45,978 nt of DNA from contig JBDRIM010000061.1 of NCBI GenBank assembly GCA_043816005.1, forward strand, positions 1 through 45,978, read 5' to 3'. Below, piece after piece: positions 35,725 to 45,351 of the stretch. The notes beneath the pieces were generated by a model. That model was not told the origin of the DNA. It made no database searches and was given only the letters and a program-made list of their open reading frames with translations. The position numbers and the translations under genes were made by a program. Numbering within the stretch: position 1 is the stretch's first letter; every line of letters begins with the position of its first letter. Origin of the DNA: Candidatus Micrarchaeota archaeon (GTDB taxonomy: Archaea > Micrarchaeota > Micrarchaeia > Anstonellales > Bilamarchaeaceae).

Positions 35725-37026
35725 TTATTCTTCATTACGAAGTTTCTGTATTCTGCTAATTTTACTTGCAACAAAATCTTTCGTACCTATATCGCTTCTA
35801 TGCCAAACAGGACCAGAAACGTACTTACATCCTTCTTCAGCAATTTTTTCTGCCTGCTCAAGTGTTTTTCCTTTACCAATTATACCAAATGCCCTTGAAC
35901 CAGTAGTACGAATTTTGCCCTCGTTCTCGTAAACAGCTGCATAATACACTTGTGCTCCGCACCTTTCCATATTGTGTGCATCAACAACTACCTCTGCGTC
36001 CTTGAGTGGTTTGTTTGGATAACCTTCAGGGACGAGATATTTTACCACTGTACAATCCTGTGAAAATTTAGTTGGTGTAAGTTGGCCTTCTGCAATCGAA
36101 AGGAAAATATTACTAAGAGAATCTTGTAGCAAAAACAAAACATTCATTGCTTCAGGATCACCAAATCTCGCATTGAATTCAATTACCTTCAGACCATTCT
36201 TAGTTAGTATAAATTGACCATAAAGAACTCCTTTGAATGGTGCACCTTCTTTTTTCAGTGCATGCACGGTATTTTGCATTATTTTAATTGCATCGTCAAT
36301 TTCTTTTTTTGACAAAAATGGAAGAATTTCACCGGTTGAATAGCTACCCATCCCACCAGTATTCGGTCCACGATCTTGTTCGAATGCTCTTTTGTGATCT
36401 TGTACAGGGGGCATAGGAATCACTCTAGAGCCATCGCAAAATGCCTGGAGGGTGAATTCTTCACCGATTAATTTTTCTTCAATTAGAGCGACTTCATCCT
36501 TATCTATCAAAGAATTTGCATAATCAAGCCCATCGTTTAATTCAGTAAAATGATCTCCGGTAACTTTAACACCTTTTCCGCCAGTAAGACCAAGCGGTTT
36601 TATGGCAACTTCACCATACTCTTTCATAGTATTTGCAGCTTCTAATGTGTTTCTGACAAGTTCGTGTCTTGGCAAACCATCTATCTTGTATTTTTTCATG
36701 AGATTGCGCATGAATGATTTATCCCATTCTATTCTGGATGCTGCTTTCGACGGGGACGCAACAAGCATACCAGTACTTGCAAGTGCATCACTGACACCTG
36801 CTGCAAGTGTTGCATCTGGACTAGCAAAACCAAGATCAAATGATTTACCAGATATCGCATTTAGAATTGCGTTGGGATCTTCTATATTACATACCCAATA
36901 CTCCTTCGAAAGTTGTGCTATTGCAGGATTCTTTTTTGACATTACTGAATAGAGTTCACAATCTTGAGCCAACCTTTCTGCTATTGCATGCTCACGTGCA
37001 CCATTACCGATAAGTAGAATTTTCAT
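35725..37026 (-). CDS. purD: Phosphoribosylamine--glycine ligase
   Basis: GNGAREHAI, GLTGGKGV, QDHKR..GPNTGGMGSY, EFNARFGDPE. Confidence 0.97.
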   Translation of the reverse strand: MKILLIGNGAREHAIAERLAQDCELYSVMSKKNPAIAQLSKEYWVCNIEDPNAILNAISGKSFDLGFASPDATLAAGVSDALASTGMLVASPSKAASRIEWDKSFMRNLMKKYKIDGLPRHELVRNTLEAANTMKEYGEVAIKPLGLTGGKGVKVTGDHFTELNDGLDYANSLIDKDEVALIEEKLIGEEFTLQAFCDGSRVIPMPPVQDHKRAFEQDRGPNTGGMGSYSTGEILPFLSKKEIDDAIKIMQNTVHALKKEGAPFKGVLYGQFILTKNGLKVIEFNARFGDPEAMNVLFLLQDSLSNIFLSIAEGQLTPTKFSQDCTVVKYLVPEGYPNKPLKDAEVVVDAHNMERCGAQVYYAAVYENEGKIRTTGSRAFGIIGKGKTLEQAEKIAEEGCKYVSGPVWHRSDIGTKDFVASKISRIQKLRNEE

Positions 37027-37053
37027 AAATAGTATATAGAGTTTAAATTTAAA

Positions 37054-37395
37054 TTATTTTCCAGCACCAAAAAGCTCGAATAAAATGTCTTTTACTTGTT
37101 TTTTCAATGGCTGTTTTATTATATAAGAACGAATAGTTGGATATGGTTTTGTCAATTCAAATGCGAATACATAATCACTAAGAATATTTTGTGGGATTAT
37201 GTCCTGGTGAATAATAATTTCTTTAGGCGATCGAATTTTGCTTTTTCGTTTTGGATATTTTTTTGGTTTTGACATGTTTTTTGTTTGAGTTTTACTTCTA
37301 ACAACGTGCCGAGTTTGTTTTTTTATCCTGGATTTTTTTGATGGTGATTTGGTTTTTTTAATTGATTTTGATTTTTTTTGTTTCTTTGCCTTCAA
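37054..37395 (-). CDS. Small protein with a very Lys/Arg-rich N-terminus
   Basis: TTG start overlaps the stop of the upstream gene; basic low-complexity first half. Confidence 0.55.
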   Translation of the reverse strand: MKAKKQKKSKSIKKTKSPSKKSRIKKQTRHVVRSKTQTKNMSKPKKYPKRKSKIRSPKEIIIHQDIIPQNILSDYVFAFELTKPYPTIRSYIIKQPLKKQVKDILFELFGAGK

Positions 37396-38096
37396 TCAGA
37401 CCGCCTCTTTATGTAGCCCTCACGAATAAGAAGGTTGAGCCCTTCTTCTACTCTAGTTATGGCAACCGAATTTGCTTTGGCAAAATCTCGAATATCTATG
37501 GCACCGCCATGCACTTTTATCCAATTATATAATGATTCTTTAAGCAAATCATCGCTCATGCCAGTCATATGAGCAAGTTTTTTCTGAAGTTCGTCTCTTT
37601 TTCTTTCGCATTCAAGCAATAGTCTTGTGTTTGTTTCACCTGATCGTACCAGATCATCATATTTAGCAGTAAGATCCTCATATTTTACTTGTAGTTCTGT
37701 GAGCTGGGTTGAGAATTCTATTGCATCACGATCGATTATTTTTGCAGCTTCTGCCATGATATAATTCACTTGAGAAAAGATGGTTGATGGTTTTACATCG
37801 TAATAATCTTCTGCAACTTGCAAAATATTTAGGAATGTGGGTATCAGATCAAGAAGCCTTGCCGTTTTTCCTCTTTTTGCTGAGTACCCATAATGGAACT
37901 CAATTGTATCATGCTTAAACTCCACACGATATTCAAGATGCGGCCTGCCCTGGAGATCAGAACCTTTTATTTTTTCAACTGAAAGCACATTTTTTATAAA
38001 TGCGATTTTTGTAAAACCAAGGCCACTTAAGAGTGATGCAAGATGTTTGAGTTGTCTTTTCTGCTTTGCAACAATAATTATTTTTTCCTCAGACAT
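37392..38096 (-). CDS. Coiled-coil protein with C-terminal winged-helix-like motif, coupled to the ATPase gene
   Basis: Heptad region LTELQVKYEDL..LQKKL; tail IDIRDFAK..VEEGLNLLIREGYIKR; overlaps the ATPase stop. Confidence 0.7.
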   Translation of the reverse strand: MSEEKIIIVAKQKRQLKHLASLLSGLGFTKIAFIKNVLSVEKIKGSDLQGRPHLEYRVEFKHDTIEFHYGYSAKRGKTARLLDLIPTFLNILQVAEDYYDVKPSTIFSQVNYIMAEAAKIIDRDAIEFSTQLTELQVKYEDLTAKYDDLVRSGETNTRLLLECERKRDELQKKLAHMTGMSDDLLKESLYNWIKVHGGAIDIRDFAKANSVAITRVEEGLNLLIREGYIKRRSD

Positions 38097-41000
38097 TGTT
38101 TTCCTCCAAAACGACGTTTACTACGCCCTTTGTGGCCTTCCTCATCCTAACTAGAGAAAAGACCCGAATAAGATTCTTCTCATCGATGCCAAGCTGACGT
38201 AGAAATGAGATAATAGACGGCCTAGCATAACCAAATTTCTCTAACACTGCAACCAATTGTTCACCATCAAGAAGACCATCACCTTTTGAAAATTCGTTTT
38301 TGATCATATTGAGCTGACCTTCATTGAGACCTATTTCGTATAACATCCTGACAAATTGTTCACGTTCAACTTCAACTATCATATCCCCACCTTTGATTTT
38401 ATATATGAGAAGTGGTTCCTCCCCATCTATCTTATCCATTAAAAACGTCATAACTTTTGTCTGTCTTTCAGCGAATATCATATTTACTGCTGCATCACCA
38501 ACACCAAACTTTGATATTTCACCATCGATAAAATCCGAATAGCCAATTGAATTTCGAACATAATCACGAAATTCTTTGAGTATGAGCCTAAGCACGAAAA
38601 CACTGCCGATGTTGCTAAAGATAGTTTTATGCATGTCAGTAGGATTTTGCGTGGCGATAACTAATGAGAAATTGTATTTACGTCCTTCACGCACAATTGC
38701 GATAACATCGCTTCGTTCGTCCTGTGCTATTTTCCAAGCTTCATCTAATACAACAAACAATTTCACTTTTTTATTATCAGACTGCATCCCTTCAGCACGC
38801 ATAAGTTCCTTTATGTATTGTAAGATTGTCAAACCAGCAAGACTCCTCATTTCCTCGCTTGGAAGATCATGAAGATCGATACATACAAGACCACTAGAGG
38901 TAAGTTTTTTGATATCCATAGTTGAGGTCCCTGCAAAAAAATCAGTTCCTTCTGCAGTGAATCTTTTTAGAAGCCTGGCTGCTTTCTTTTTGTGGGATGT
39001 TTCTAGGAGTTTTACTACGTCATTTAGAGTTGGTTTCATCTTGCTTGGACCATGATCTTCTTTTTTAGTTTTTGCTTTGCCTTTGCCGCCATAATATACA
39101 GTTTCCAATGCTTCTTCTATTTCGTCCCTCTCATTTGGATATGATTTAAGATCTAGAAGGATATCAAGTGCAGACATAATTTGTTTGATTCTGCTTCTTT
39201 TTGGAAGACCAACCAAGTCGAGAATGTTCAGCTTTTCTTTTGCAAGGTTGATAACTTTGCCCCCTGCTTGTTTCACCCAGGGTTCATATTCACCAACCCA
39301 ATCCAAGATTATAGCATTAGTATTCCAAATCAATGAGGCGCGGGTGAGGAAGGTTTTGACTGTGTAGGAATTATGCACAAAAAGCCCGCCAAATCCGGCC
39401 ATGAACACTTCGTTTTCAGTTGTTAGATCATACACAAATCCGCCATCTGTTTCGATTTCTCTTTTAGCTACGATTCTGTCCCAAAACAAATCGCTTTCTG
39501 AGAGTAGTTTGAGAAACTCGTGATCAGAATCATCTGGAGAACCGACTGAATTTACAAATGAATGGATATAGGATCTGGATGGTTTTCTTAAGCCAGATTT
39601 TATTGAATAGGTCATTTGTGTACGTGGAACTGAATATCTTTCACGTACGGCCTCGAACACCATAGAAACATTTGGTATGATATCCACATTAGTGCTCTCT
39701 TTTTTTATCTTGTTGCACAGAATTTCGAGCTTCTTAATCTTTGCAGAAGAAACGAAATTGATTTGGTTTTTGAATGCGTCAATATTTTGTTTACCGGAAA
39801 TAGATATTCTATGGTAATATGCTCCAGTATGCGCCGAATTCGTAGCCATCTTCCAATGGTTGTGCATACGGCACACGATCCCATAACGCAGTAGCATATA
39901 ACCCAGATGGTTAGTAAGCTCTTGAGATTTAGTAGTACATGAAACAGAAACGCCGTCCACTCCCCCATCCCCTTCGAAATAAGCAGATAGATATTCTGAG
40001 AGGTATTCTTTAGGAGAGTTGATTAATATATCCCCCATATGTTTATCATGCGATTTCCCGAAGAAACCAAGTGCCTGAACTAGTTTGAAGAAGACTTTAG
40101 AACCGCTGATTACTGCAGTTTTGGTTTTAAAATGGGGTATGTCAAGGGCAGTAAAACAATTTGTAATATCACAGATGGTTTCTTCATCCATGGCACTGAT
40201 CATCACTGTTCTTTTTGTTATGCAACCTTCAGCTGTAATATAACCAAGCAACCGGAACAGAAAGGGGAGTTTGTCTTTAGATATGATAGCAGGAAGATAT
40301 TTTTTGCTTTTGGTGGCTTTGATGGATAAGTGATCCGTGAATTCCGGACAAACAAAAAGAAGCTGTTTGAAATAGTCCAATGGGATAGATCTGCCATTTT
40401 TGTAGAAACGAAGATATTTGTCGTATTTTTGATTAATGATAATTTTTTTAGTATATGCTAGACCTGCCAGTCGGGCAGCTCCTGACACAAACAGATCATT
40501 GCCACTCAGAAGATCAATAAGATTGATCTCATTCAGACTGCCCTCGTAATCAACCCGTCTCGGGAGTGGGATGTAATCTCCAACCGTTACCTCTGTTCCT
40601 TTAGACATGGTAATTTTTGAGTCTTTCAAAAGAACAAAATTATGGTCGCCAGTAGTGGTTATTTTTCTTCCGCTTGCTGTTTCGAAATAGTACTGTCGGT
40701 CTGGAATTGATTTTCTGCCGGCAAACAAAACTTTACACCAGCTTGATTTTAGAGTACCATCGAAGGAAAAAACCTCAATACCAGGATTCTGTATTCCTTC
40801 CAGATCATCGATTTTGGAAACAACAAAAGAACGGGAGATAATAGTATCTATAAGTTCCCCGATCTTGACAAGTTTGACTCTATTATTCATGCGGACAAGA
40901 ACGCTCTCGTTCCTATCAATCGACTTTCCTGACCCAGTAATTCCAATAACTGCTATATGTGGATTAATAAGTTTACTTGGATCCCAAAAAACAGGAGTGT

Positions 41001-41133
41001 GGAGAAACCTAGTTTTACCTATATAGACCCCATGGGATGGATTGGCAAGAAGAAGTTCTTTACGTGGCTCTGGTGGGTGCACTAGAATCATCTTTCGTGC
41101 AATTTCTTTCGAGAGCATATATGATGGTTTCAT
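38089..41133 (-). CDS. VirB4/HerA/CedB-like (DUF87) ATPase, intein-containing
   Basis: NPHIAVIGITGSGK/SYTVK Walker A, ILDWVGEY, Walker B FVVLDEAW, REGRKY, ATQNP. Extein is 496 aa. Confidence 0.9.
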   Translation of the reverse strand: MKPSYMLSKEIARKMILVHPPEPRKELLLANPSHGVYIGKTRFLHTPVFWDPSKLINPHIAVIGITGSGKSIDRNESVLVRMNNRVKLVKIGELIDTIISRSFVVSKIDDLEGIQNPGIEVFSFDGTLKSSWCKVLFAGRKSIPDRQYYFETASGRKITTTGDHNFVLLKDSKITMSKGTEVTVGDYIPLPRRVDYEGSLNEINLIDLLSGNDLFVSGAARLAGLAYTKKIIINQKYDKYLRFYKNGRSIPLDYFKQLLFVCPEFTDHLSIKATKSKKYLPAIISKDKLPFLFRLLGYITAEGCITKRTVMISAMDEETICDITNCFTALDIPHFKTKTAVISGSKVFFKLVQALGFFGKSHDKHMGDILINSPKEYLSEYLSAYFEGDGGVDGVSVSCTTKSQELTNHLGYMLLRYGIVCRMHNHWKMATNSAHTGAYYHRISISGKQNIDAFKNQINFVSSAKIKKLEILCNKIKKESTNVDIIPNVSMVFEAVRERYSVPRTQMTYSIKSGLRKPSRSYIHSFVNSVGSPDDSDHEFLKLLSESDLFWDRIVAKREIETDGGFVYDLTTENEVFMAGFGGLFVHNSYTVKTFLTRASLIWNTNAIILDWVGEYEPWVKQAGGKVINLAKEKLNILDLVGLPKRSRIKQIMSALDILLDLKSYPNERDEIEEALETVYYGGKGKAKTKKEDHGPSKMKPTLNDVVKLLETSHKKKAARLLKRFTAEGTDFFAGTSTMDIKKLTSSGLVCIDLHDLPSEEMRSLAGLTILQYIKELMRAEGMQSDNKKVKLFVVLDEAWKIAQDERSDVIAIVREGRKYNFSLVIATQNPTDMHKTIFSNIGSVFVLRLILKEFRDYVRNSIGYSDFIDGEISKFGVGDAAVNMIFAERQTKVMTFLMDKIDGEEPLLIYKIKGGDMIVEVEREQFVRMLYEIGLNEGQLNMIKNEFSKGDGLLDGEQLVAVLEKFGYARPSIISFLRQLGIDEKNLIRVFSLVRMRKATKGVVNVVLEENNV
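39370..40923 (-). mobile_element. Intein (518 aa, Ser1) with LAGLIDADG endonuclease, in the ATPase Walker A loop
   Basis: Starts SIDRNESV after GSGK; TGDHNF; LGYITAEG and YLSAYFEGDG; ends VYDLT..FVHN followed by +1 Ser. Confidence 0.95.
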
Positions 41134-41206
41134 GTTAACAGTTTTCCTCCCAATATACCTATATTTGTAAACTTAGAGGATATATAAAGTTATCTTAAGA
41201 GGTAAT

Positions 41207-41989
41207 TCAAAATAGAGCATCATTTATCTCTTCTGGACTTGTTGGGAAGAAATGATCCCATTCAAAGCATTTTAACATTTCCAAATCATGAAGTTCGCGG
41301 ATATCACAACCCAATGAACTTGAAAGAATAGTTTTGAGTTCTTTTGCTTGTCTTGAAACTCGGCTTACTGCTTCTTCTCGTGTTAGTCCAAATGCAGTTG
41401 TTGATGCAAATGCAATAATCTCAACCGGTCTTTCACCCTGAGTGATGCGATCAAGAAGACGATTCCAGTAAGCTAATTCACGATCCATCCTCATTGATTC
41501 GTCTGCAGCAAGTTTTACCTCCTTTGCTTTTTTGGATTCTGCTGCACTACGCTTTGTTTTTATTTCGTCTATGTGCTTGGAAAGATCAAGAGTGCTGATC
41601 ATCAATGAGATTTTAACTATGTACTTCAAAGAACTGACTGCTTTTTCAAAAGATTCAAACATATTCTTCTTTTCTTCGTTGTTTTTGTCCATAGAACTTT
41701 CATAGAACTTGATTTCTAAAAATTTGGATGTATAATAACCTGATTCGGTTTTCTTTATGATGTACTCTCGTGAAGCAGGAACTTCATAGCTATCATGAAT
41801 TTCTATGATGTTGGTTGCTTTTGTGAAAAATGGTACAATCAGATAACCATATTTCCATAAAACAAGGCTCATGAAAAAGAAAAAACCTGAGATGATTGGA
41901 AGTAGTGGATTACCATATAGCAAAGACAAAATTACTGCCAGTACACCCCCAATAAGGGCGAATGCAGTGACTGCTCTATTGAGAAACAT
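41207..41989 (-). CDS. Two-TM protein with a cytoplasmic domain resembling VirB4-associated (PrgI/VirB4 N-terminal-like) proteins
   Basis: Two N-terminal TM helices; F..AVSSLKY.VK.S, a coiled segment and ..LKTILSSSLGCDIREL..LEML; adjacent to the ATPase. Resemblance judged by eye. Confidence 0.55.
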   Translation of the reverse strand: MFLNRAVTAFALIGGVLAVILSLLYGNPLLPIISGFFFFMSLVLWKYGYLIVPFFTKATNIIEIHDSYEVPASREYIIKKTESGYYTSKFLEIKFYESSMDKNNEEKKNMFESFEKAVSSLKYIVKISLMISTLDLSKHIDEIKTKRSAAESKKAKEVKLAADESMRMDRELAYWNRLLDRITQGERPVEIIAFASTTAFGLTREEAVSRVSRQAKELKTILSSSLGCDIRELHDLEMLKCFEWDHFFPTSPEEINDALF

Positions 41990-42153
41990 GATATCACATA
42001 CACTTGTATGGTTTAAAAATCAGATTGCCAAGTAGAGCTGTTTTAGGCCCTCGACAACCAATAAAATTTGACTCTTGACGAAAATCTGGATATTGGATAA
42101 ATCATGACGGTCTTATTCCGAACATCTGATGATTTGTTGTTTTTTATTTTTGA

Positions 42154-43239
42154 CTAGATTGCGGCAAACGCTTTTAGATTAATTTCCCCTCCGAGAATGC
42201 CTGCAAGTTCCTTGACGAATACAATTGTTATTATCAGAGAGAATAATGGGGCTAATACAGTATAAAGAACAGATTTGGAAATAGAATCATTATTGCTTTG
42301 TGTTATAATTGTCAGATCGCCTGCAAGATCAACAGAGATATTTTGAGTATAGTTTTGTTGATCATATAACAAAATATCACAGGAAGTGGCATTTGGATTA
42401 GTAGTGCCATCTGGCATAGTAAGATTTTGGATTGTACCATTTATGTAAAATACACTTTTAGTTAAACTGCAACGTCCACTCATAACGTCAAGTTTTCCTG
42501 CAAGTATGTAATTATCATTTAGATCTATTACTGGGATTGTTGAATAGTAACTATTATTAGTAAAATTTTGCATGATAAATGTTGATGCTTCTATTGATTC
42601 TGATGGATTTGGGAAAATCATAATGAATGTTGGGTAAAATATGTATAGACCAATCGCGAGTGCTATCAAAAAGCCACCCAGTTTTCTTGTTGCAAAAAAT
42701 GTCCTCAAAACAAGACCAAGAGGAAATAGAAGGCCAAGAGCATTCTGACCAATGAATGTTGTTATATTTACATTAAGTTGTCCAAGCATCATAATTGCAT
42801 TTATACTAAGCAACTGAACTGTAAATATGTTTGATATTGATCCAAGATTAGCAAATGGTGAAAGAGCAAATGCACCAAAATCAAGAGAAATTGTTTGATA
42901 GTAGCTAACTATTGTTGATACTTGCAAGAGTTGGTTGAAAAGTGTAAAAAGAGAGTTATTTGCATTAACAAGAGTGCAACTAAGCTGCGAAACAACATTA
43001 CCAGTAGCACATGTTCCTAGAATAATTGATGAGCTAATTGCAGCTACTAACTCTACAATAGCTGCAAGTGATCCTATTATTGCGGCATTCACGACAGATT
43101 GTACGAGTTCTTCCACCCCAAAATGTTCAACTTTTTTATTGCCGATTGCCTTACCTACACCGATAAGAATTCCAGCTAGAATAATTGATGCAGTTACTAT
43201 GATAACAGCGATTTCAATACCAACAAATGTTTCGGCCAT
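42154..43239 (-). CDS. Polytopic membrane protein, CedA/VirB6-like
   Basis: EELVQSVVNAAII; LLFPLGLVLRTFFATRKLGGFLIALAIGLYIFYP hairpin; N-x-S/T-rich loop; C-terminal TM ending LGGE. Confidence 0.6.
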   Translation of the reverse strand: MAETFVGIEIAVIIVTASIILAGILIGVGKAIGNKKVEHFGVEELVQSVVNAAIIGSLAAIVELVAAISSSIILGTCATGNVVSQLSCTLVNANNSLFTLFNQLLQVSTIVSYYQTISLDFGAFALSPFANLGSISNIFTVQLLSINAIMMLGQLNVNITTFIGQNALGLLFPLGLVLRTFFATRKLGGFLIALAIGLYIFYPTFIMIFPNPSESIEASTFIMQNFTNNSYYSTIPVIDLNDNYILAGKLDVMSGRCSLTKSVFYINGTIQNLTMPDGTTNPNATSCDILLYDQQNYTQNISVDLAGDLTIITQSNNDSISKSVLYTVLAPLFSLIITIVFVKELAGILGGEINLKAFAAI

Positions 43240-43262
43240 TGGTTTGAATGATTGTTTTAGGA

Positions 43263-43919
43263 TTAAATAGATTTCGGATGATGGCCAAGTAGTTTTTTAC
43301 CCAAATGAACTAGTGTTGTTGTACCTCGAACATAGATTGGAGCTTTTTTTGTAACAAATTTTGCAGATTTGAGTGCTTTAAGAAGTGCTTTTGGATTGTC
43401 CAGGTCAAAAGCAGGAAGTTCGGTGTATGTTTTCCCAAATTCAAACAAAAAGTGACTGTCACTGCCAGCAGCTTTGAGTTTTTTGTGCTTTATAGCAAAC
43501 TTTTCTGCTTTTTCATTATATTCTTTTTTCATGCACCTGGCATTGAAAACTTCAATAATATCAACTTTTTTTGCCTCATTTTCTGGTGCATGTGCACCAG
43601 ATCTGCCATAATCAAACATATGTGGGAGATAGGCCAACCCACCTTGTTCATGAATTTTATCAATTGCCTCGAGAAATGGTATTTTTTTTGGAATGAAATC
43701 ATTAATATAAAGACCAATAAGGTCCCCTTTATCAGTTGAAATTTCCTCTCCTGGAATAAATTTTGCACCAAGTTTTTGCATTTCTTTATGTGCACCAATA
43801 GAATTGTGATCGGTGATAGTAGGAATGATTCCGAGTTTTTTTGCTTTTACCACCAAATCTTTTGGTTTGGTACGCGAATCAACTGAATAATTTGTATGAA
43901 TATGGAAATCGATTTTCAT
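43263..43919 (-). CDS. PHP-domain phosphoesterase
   Basis: DFHIHT.YS.D, ITDHN, PGEEI, PH, EVFNAR, GSDSH. Confidence 0.92.
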   Translation of the reverse strand: MKIDFHIHTNYSVDSRTKPKDLVVKAKKLGIIPTITDHNSIGAHKEMQKLGAKFIPGEEISTDKGDLIGLYINDFIPKKIPFLEAIDKIHEQGGLAYLPHMFDYGRSGAHAPENEAKKVDIIEVFNARCMKKEYNEKAEKFAIKHKKLKAAGSDSHFLFEFGKTYTELPAFDLDNPKALLKALKSAKFVTKKAPIYVRGTTTLVHLGKKLLGHHPKSI

Positions 43920-43920
43920 G

Positions 43921-44202
43921 TTAATCAATTATTGCATTGTTTTTTTCAAGGAGCATGATAAGATCTTTTGCAAGAGAATTGCCAGTTTTGTTACTGATTT
44001 TTTTGCTCCCTTTGATCATAACTCTTCCACTTGCATATAAACTTACGGCATATCCATTAAATTTAACCAATAAGACAACTGGGCTTGTCCCAACTGGTTC
44101 GAAAATTAAGGCTGTTTTCTTCAAATCTATTTTTTTTCCTTTTAGCCTGATTTCTATACCATTAGATGAACTGCATGGTTCAACCACAAAATAATCCATC
44201 AT
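43921..44202 (-). CDS. Small protein resembling the C-terminal domain of long-form MoeB/ThiF
   Basis: VEPC..IEIR..IDL..VSLYASGRVMIKG; ATG overlaps the ThiF stop (ATGA). Confidence 0.6.
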   Translation of the reverse strand: MMDYFVVEPCSSSNGIEIRLKGKKIDLKKTALIFEPVGTSPVVLLVKFNGYAVSLYASGRVMIKGSKKISNKTGNSLAKDLIMLLEKNNAIID

Positions 44203-44876
44203 CCGAGTTTCGCCCTCCAAAAAATATCTTTCTTATCAAGATCAAAAAACAATGCATCAGGAGCAATGACAACTGGTTTTTTTAGCAAAAAATTTATTGC
44301 TTGGGAAACAGCAAGAGAACCTGCAAGTGAAGCAGCCGGACATATGATGGATGAACAAGTTTGATAATGTTTTAGTTCGATATTTTTTGGCAGCTGAAAT
44401 GCTCTTTCAAATTTGTAATTAGTAAAAGTTGTTACTATTCCTCTAGACGCTAAAGTAGAACAGAAAACGTAGGGTATTTTTTTCTTGCGGGCCGTTTGTG
44501 CCATAATTAATTTGGATTTAATATTGTCAGTACCATCAAGAAATATTGATGGATTAATTTTAGTATTTCCATCGAAATGACTGAATGTAGTTATTTTGAT
44601 ATTCTTGTTTATGTTTTTTGCTCTTGCAATTGCAGCATGTACTTTTGGCATATCAAGAAACTCTTCTGTTGCAAGAGTTTGTCTATTGAAATTAGATAGT
44701 TCAAAACGATCATGATCAAAGACTGTTAAATTTTCTGCTCCAACCCTCAATAAATTTTCTAAGATAAATCCTCCCGTGCCACCAAGCCCAACAATCGTAA
44801 AATTTGTCCTCCTGATTTTTTCTTGTTGGGACTTTGTAAAGGGATTTTTTATAAATTTTTGTTCATAAAAGTTCAT
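44199..44876 (-). CDS. ThiF/MoeB/E1-like adenylyltransferase
   Basis: VGLGGTG, DHDRFELSNFNRQ, PKV, DGTDN. Confidence 0.9.
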   Translation of the reverse strand: MNFYEQKFIKNPFTKSQQEKIRRTNFTIVGLGGTGGFILENLLRVGAENLTVFDHDRFELSNFNRQTLATEEFLDMPKVHAAIARAKNINKNIKITTFSHFDGNTKINPSIFLDGTDNIKSKLIMAQTARKKKIPYVFCSTLASRGIVTTFTNYKFERAFQLPKNIELKHYQTCSSIICPAASLAGSLAVSQAINFLLKKPVVIAPDALFFDLDKKDIFWRAKLG

Positions 44877-45286
44877 TTTTTCGAATGCTCTCTTGAAATT
44901 CTATTTAATTTATCTTTAATCATACGAACTTCTTCCTTTTTTACATTGCCACTTTGAAGCTCTGTGAGATTCCGTAGGATTTCAAGCCTACGATGGACAT
45001 GTGGATCAAGTGCTCTTTCTTGGAATAACCCGAAGTGAGTAACATGATAGAAGAAAATTGATACTCCCGAGAATAAAACAAACACTGTGAATATTTTTCC
45101 AAGATCAGTCTGCGGGATTATATCCCCATAGCCAACAGTAGTAATGGTAGCTGAAACAAAGTAGATGGCATTTACTAATGAAAGATTTTCAAAATGCATG
45201 TAGAATGGCACTGCAATAAGATAGACTAGGAATAGCATGATAAATGCACTGAAAAGACTTTTGCTCACTTGTTCCGAACTAGTCAT
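44873..45286 (-). CDS. Two-TM potassium channel (no RCK domain)
   Basis: AIYF...TITTVGYGD selectivity filter between two TM helices. Confidence 0.92.
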   Translation of the reverse strand: MTSSEQVSKSLFSAFIMLFLVYLIAVPFYMHFENLSLVNAIYFVSATITTVGYGDIIPQTDLGKIFTVFVLFSGVSIFFYHVTHFGLFQERALDPHVHRRLEILRNLTELQSGNVKKEEVRMIKDKLNRISREHSKK

Positions 45287-45351
45287 GGTAGGTAACTTAG
45301 TAAATAAAAATTTAAATCATAACTGTTGAGTGGCACGTAAATAATGTGGTA

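Noticed and set aside
402..44194. Many short ORFs in the track that overlap larger genes (e.g. 4229..4549, 8979..9317, 17414..17605, 35346..35774)
   Set aside because: Antisense or alternate-frame shadows of well-supported genes, with no motifs or RBS support.
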